Positions 61,395 to 64,000 of a DNA stretch of 64,000 nucleotides are shown in pieces; within the stretch, counting starts at the first letter, position 1, and each line of letters starts with the position of its first letter. A program made the position numbers and the translations under genes. The DNA is from Amphiscolops sp. MND2022 (taxonomy: Eukaryota), in the NCBI GenBank assembly GCA_964187785.1, contig OZ076409.1, positions 90,894,001-90,958,000 of the forward strand, written 5' to 3'. The notes beneath the pieces are model-generated. The model saw nothing but the letters and a program-made list of their open reading frames with translations, was not told the origin of the DNA and did not search any database.

Positions 61395-62290
61395 TTCTAA
61401 ATCAAAGGTTCCCTTCTCTGTTTTTTTTAAATGTTTTCAAATACCCAAATACATTGAAACTAAAGGGTCTATGTGAAATGTTTTCGGTCCTGAAGTTCAT
61501 CATTTTTAAATCATATTTAAGAGACTACACTTTTTGAGCCTCAAGCGGGGAGCCCATTTGTTCCCGGCTTGTTTTTGATTCCGATCGCCAGATTACTCAG
61601 ATCCAAAGATGTATGAAAGCGCTGAGGGTGCTTTGCGCAAAGAATGTACTTGATAAGGCCTGGGGACGCTCGCCAAGAGTGGTTACTTGAAGGTGCTCTC
61701 AGAAACGTTCATGCAAAAGGTCGGTCGAGTTGTTAGAATGTTGGCATTCGAAACTGGAGGACGAAGTTTGATACTTACTAGGTTCCAAATGTTTACGTTT
61801 TTTCGCCAATGTGGCTCCCTTTGTTTCCTTGCCGCTGTGTTTGTCTTGGGACTGTATTTTTTATTTCCATTAGTTTCTGCAGAATTTTGGAGATTCATGT
61901 CCGGTTTGTTTTGCCGTTCTTCTGATCGTTTGACGGAATTGGTTTCTGTTAAATAATGTTCTATGTATATTTCGATTAGTTTTTAGTCGGCGCTTTTGCA
62001 AGAAAAGAACCGACTATAGCAGTGATTTTTCAGACCTGTGAACTTACAGATTTCTATAAGTTTTCTATGCTTATAGTAACTTAGTTACCCTAGTAACTTT
62101 TAACTACTACTTGGCGTAGAGGCTAAGTCGGATTTTTGAAGTTATTCAAAGCAGGAGTACATGGGTTCGAGACTCGCACTATACGGACATTTTTAATGCC
62201 TTCAAAAAAGAGGGCCCCTCTTTTTTTGGCCCCTTAGACCAAAGGGTCCCCTTTGGGCTTTTTCGGACTTTTGCGACTTTTCTGTTTTTT

Positions 62291-63097
62291 TTTTAGTCGG
62301 CGCTTTTATAAATAAAAGCCCGACTATAACAGTCACTCGTTTTTTTCTTTAAGACAGACTCGAAGCCACGAACGTTAAAATTAACGTTCAACTACTAAAT
62401 ACAGTACTAAACTACTGGTCCCTGGACCGGCAAAGGCAAACGGGGAGCGCATTTAGGATAGTGCAAAGGGTCCCCCTTTCAGTTACTCCATTTTTATCGT
62501 AAGATACAAAACAGGACGAGACTATAGGGTTTGAGTTTTTTCGGCACTGTGCGGCTTTTTTTCGAAATTTTTGTCTCCAAAGGGTCCCCTTTAAGTTTTT
62601 TGATATTTTACAGCAAATTGAAGTTTCAAAAAGCCCAAAGGGTTTCCCCTTTCAAGTTTTTCGGCACTATGAGACTGGCTCAAAATTCTTATTTTTTGAT
62701 TTTTCTTTTTTTTTCAAAACCCAAAGGGTCCCCCTTTTTGCACATGACGAAGTCAATGTGCATTGCAGTCCAGCTAAGAAAGTTTTTTTTCCACAGTAGC
62801 CAACTTCATAATGAGCGCCTTTTAGAAAAAAGCCAAAACCCCGGAGAGATTCGAACCTGCAGCCTCCCGATTGCACGGCATAAGTGTTGACCACTGTGCC
62901 ATAGGGACGTTATTGAACAAAGTTGAACTGTTGAACATATACGCATGCGATTAAAGTAATATATATACGCATATTAAAATAATCGATGTCTTCGTCATGT
63001 GTTGCGAAGCACCGCTTCGCCTCTGTGTACAATTTCAAAAAGTTTGAGCTTTTTGAGCCTTAGATATGGCGCCGACTTGAGACGTTCCCGTCTTGTT
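62291..63097 (+). mobile_element. HINE copy, probably nested in an older copy spanning ~61980-63570
   Basis: TTTTAGTCGGCGC..CCCGACTA start; GGCGCCGACTTGAGACGTTCCCGTCTTGTT end; outer termini at 61980 and 63541-63570. Confidence 0.6.
62838..62908 (-). other. tRNA-derived (SINE-head-like) segment, not an intact tRNA
   Basis: A-box TGGCACAGTGG and B-box GGTTCGAATC at tRNA spacing, but the acceptor and T stems pair poorly. Confidence 0.45.
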
Positions 63098-64000
63098 AAC
63101 TGAAACCCTCTACTTCAATTTTCAGCAGAAACAACGTTTTGCGAGTATAGAGGGCCACTTCATTTTTTTCTCAGTCTCGAGGCGACCTCTTTGATTATTT
63201 TTTCAACCTGTGGGACTGATGAGTTTTCTCAAGGATTGTGGAAAAGTTCTACTGTTTTTTTTCGGTACTGTGTGACTTCCGAAATTTTTATTTTATCAAT
63301 GTGTACCCTCTTCACTTCAATAAATGTGTTCGGCCCGAAAGAAGCATTTGGCGAGCTTAAAGCCCCTTTTTTCGGCATTTTTCTTTGAAGACAGTCTATT
63401 GATGTTTCCAGCTGGGGGAAAGGCGGTTTTAGAGACTTATGCGTATCCCTTCAGGTATTGTTTGGCACTGTACATTTGATGAAAACGTTTTCACAATAGT
63501 GTCTTTTTGCATTTTAAAAACTTTTTTAACTTTGAGTGGTGTGCCGACTTGGGCCGTTCTCGGCTTGTTTGACTGCTGTTGTGTGTTTTCCATTTCATAT
63601 TTGGCTTGTGTCTTCCGGTGAACTGCTTCCTGTTCTGTTCCCCCAACATCTTTGTTCCCCCATCTTTGCGGGAGGATGTAAATTTAGGTTTAGTTTCCAG
63701 TTTGGGTGAGCAACACTTTGTTGTAGTGAAAATGTCACGGGTAAGGTTCTTCGATTTTCATCCTGGAATTGATGAATTCTTTCAATATTTTGCAGTTGGT
63801 GTCGTCGAAGATAATAAGGAGGACAATTTTATTTGAACGGAAGGCAGAAATTTTGCTGCAGATGAAAATTTAGTAGTATGCGTTGTCATCATCACCGCAT
63901 GAGCACTTCGGGAAGGCACATTTGCTTAACTTCCATTTGATCTCATTGGAGATCGTCGTGTTGGCCATCAGGAAATTGCAGATGCGGTTTGCATAGTTGG

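Noticed and set aside
57454..64000. Further CLC exons
   Set aside because: No GKEGP or other CLC motif found; the region is filled with repeats.

Overview
Repeat-rich eukaryotic (animal-like) genomic DNA. The main feature is an intact, apparently very young 15.5-kb Ty3/Gypsy LTR retrotransposon (1542-17064, minus strand). It has 1,893-bp TG...CA LTRs, an AGTAC 5-bp TSD, a PBS and PPT, gag starting inside the 5' LTR, and a -1 slippery site leading into PR-RT-RH-IN pol. Its 4.8-kb region between pol and the 3' LTR carries two cargo genes. One is an ANTISENSE five-exon gene with four phase-1 GT-AG introns, predicting ~1,094 aa with a BED-like zinc finger and a possible dead hAT-transposase core. 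The other is a divergent 186-aa sense ORF that reads through the PPT into the LTR. The window also holds three host genes: an intronless MPPED-type metallophosphoesterase, an intronless CLK/Doa kinase with LAMMER changed to LAMMAF, and the first coding exon of a ClC-1/2-type chloride channel. The rest is decayed Gypsy, Copia and LINE fragments, many Helentron-like (HINE/DINE-1-like) elements (one with a 172-bp internal array), GG...CC foldback MITEs with 8-9 bp TSDs, a structured ~200-bp repeat found in or beside MITEs, and several local duplications. All calls were made by eye; no database searches were run.
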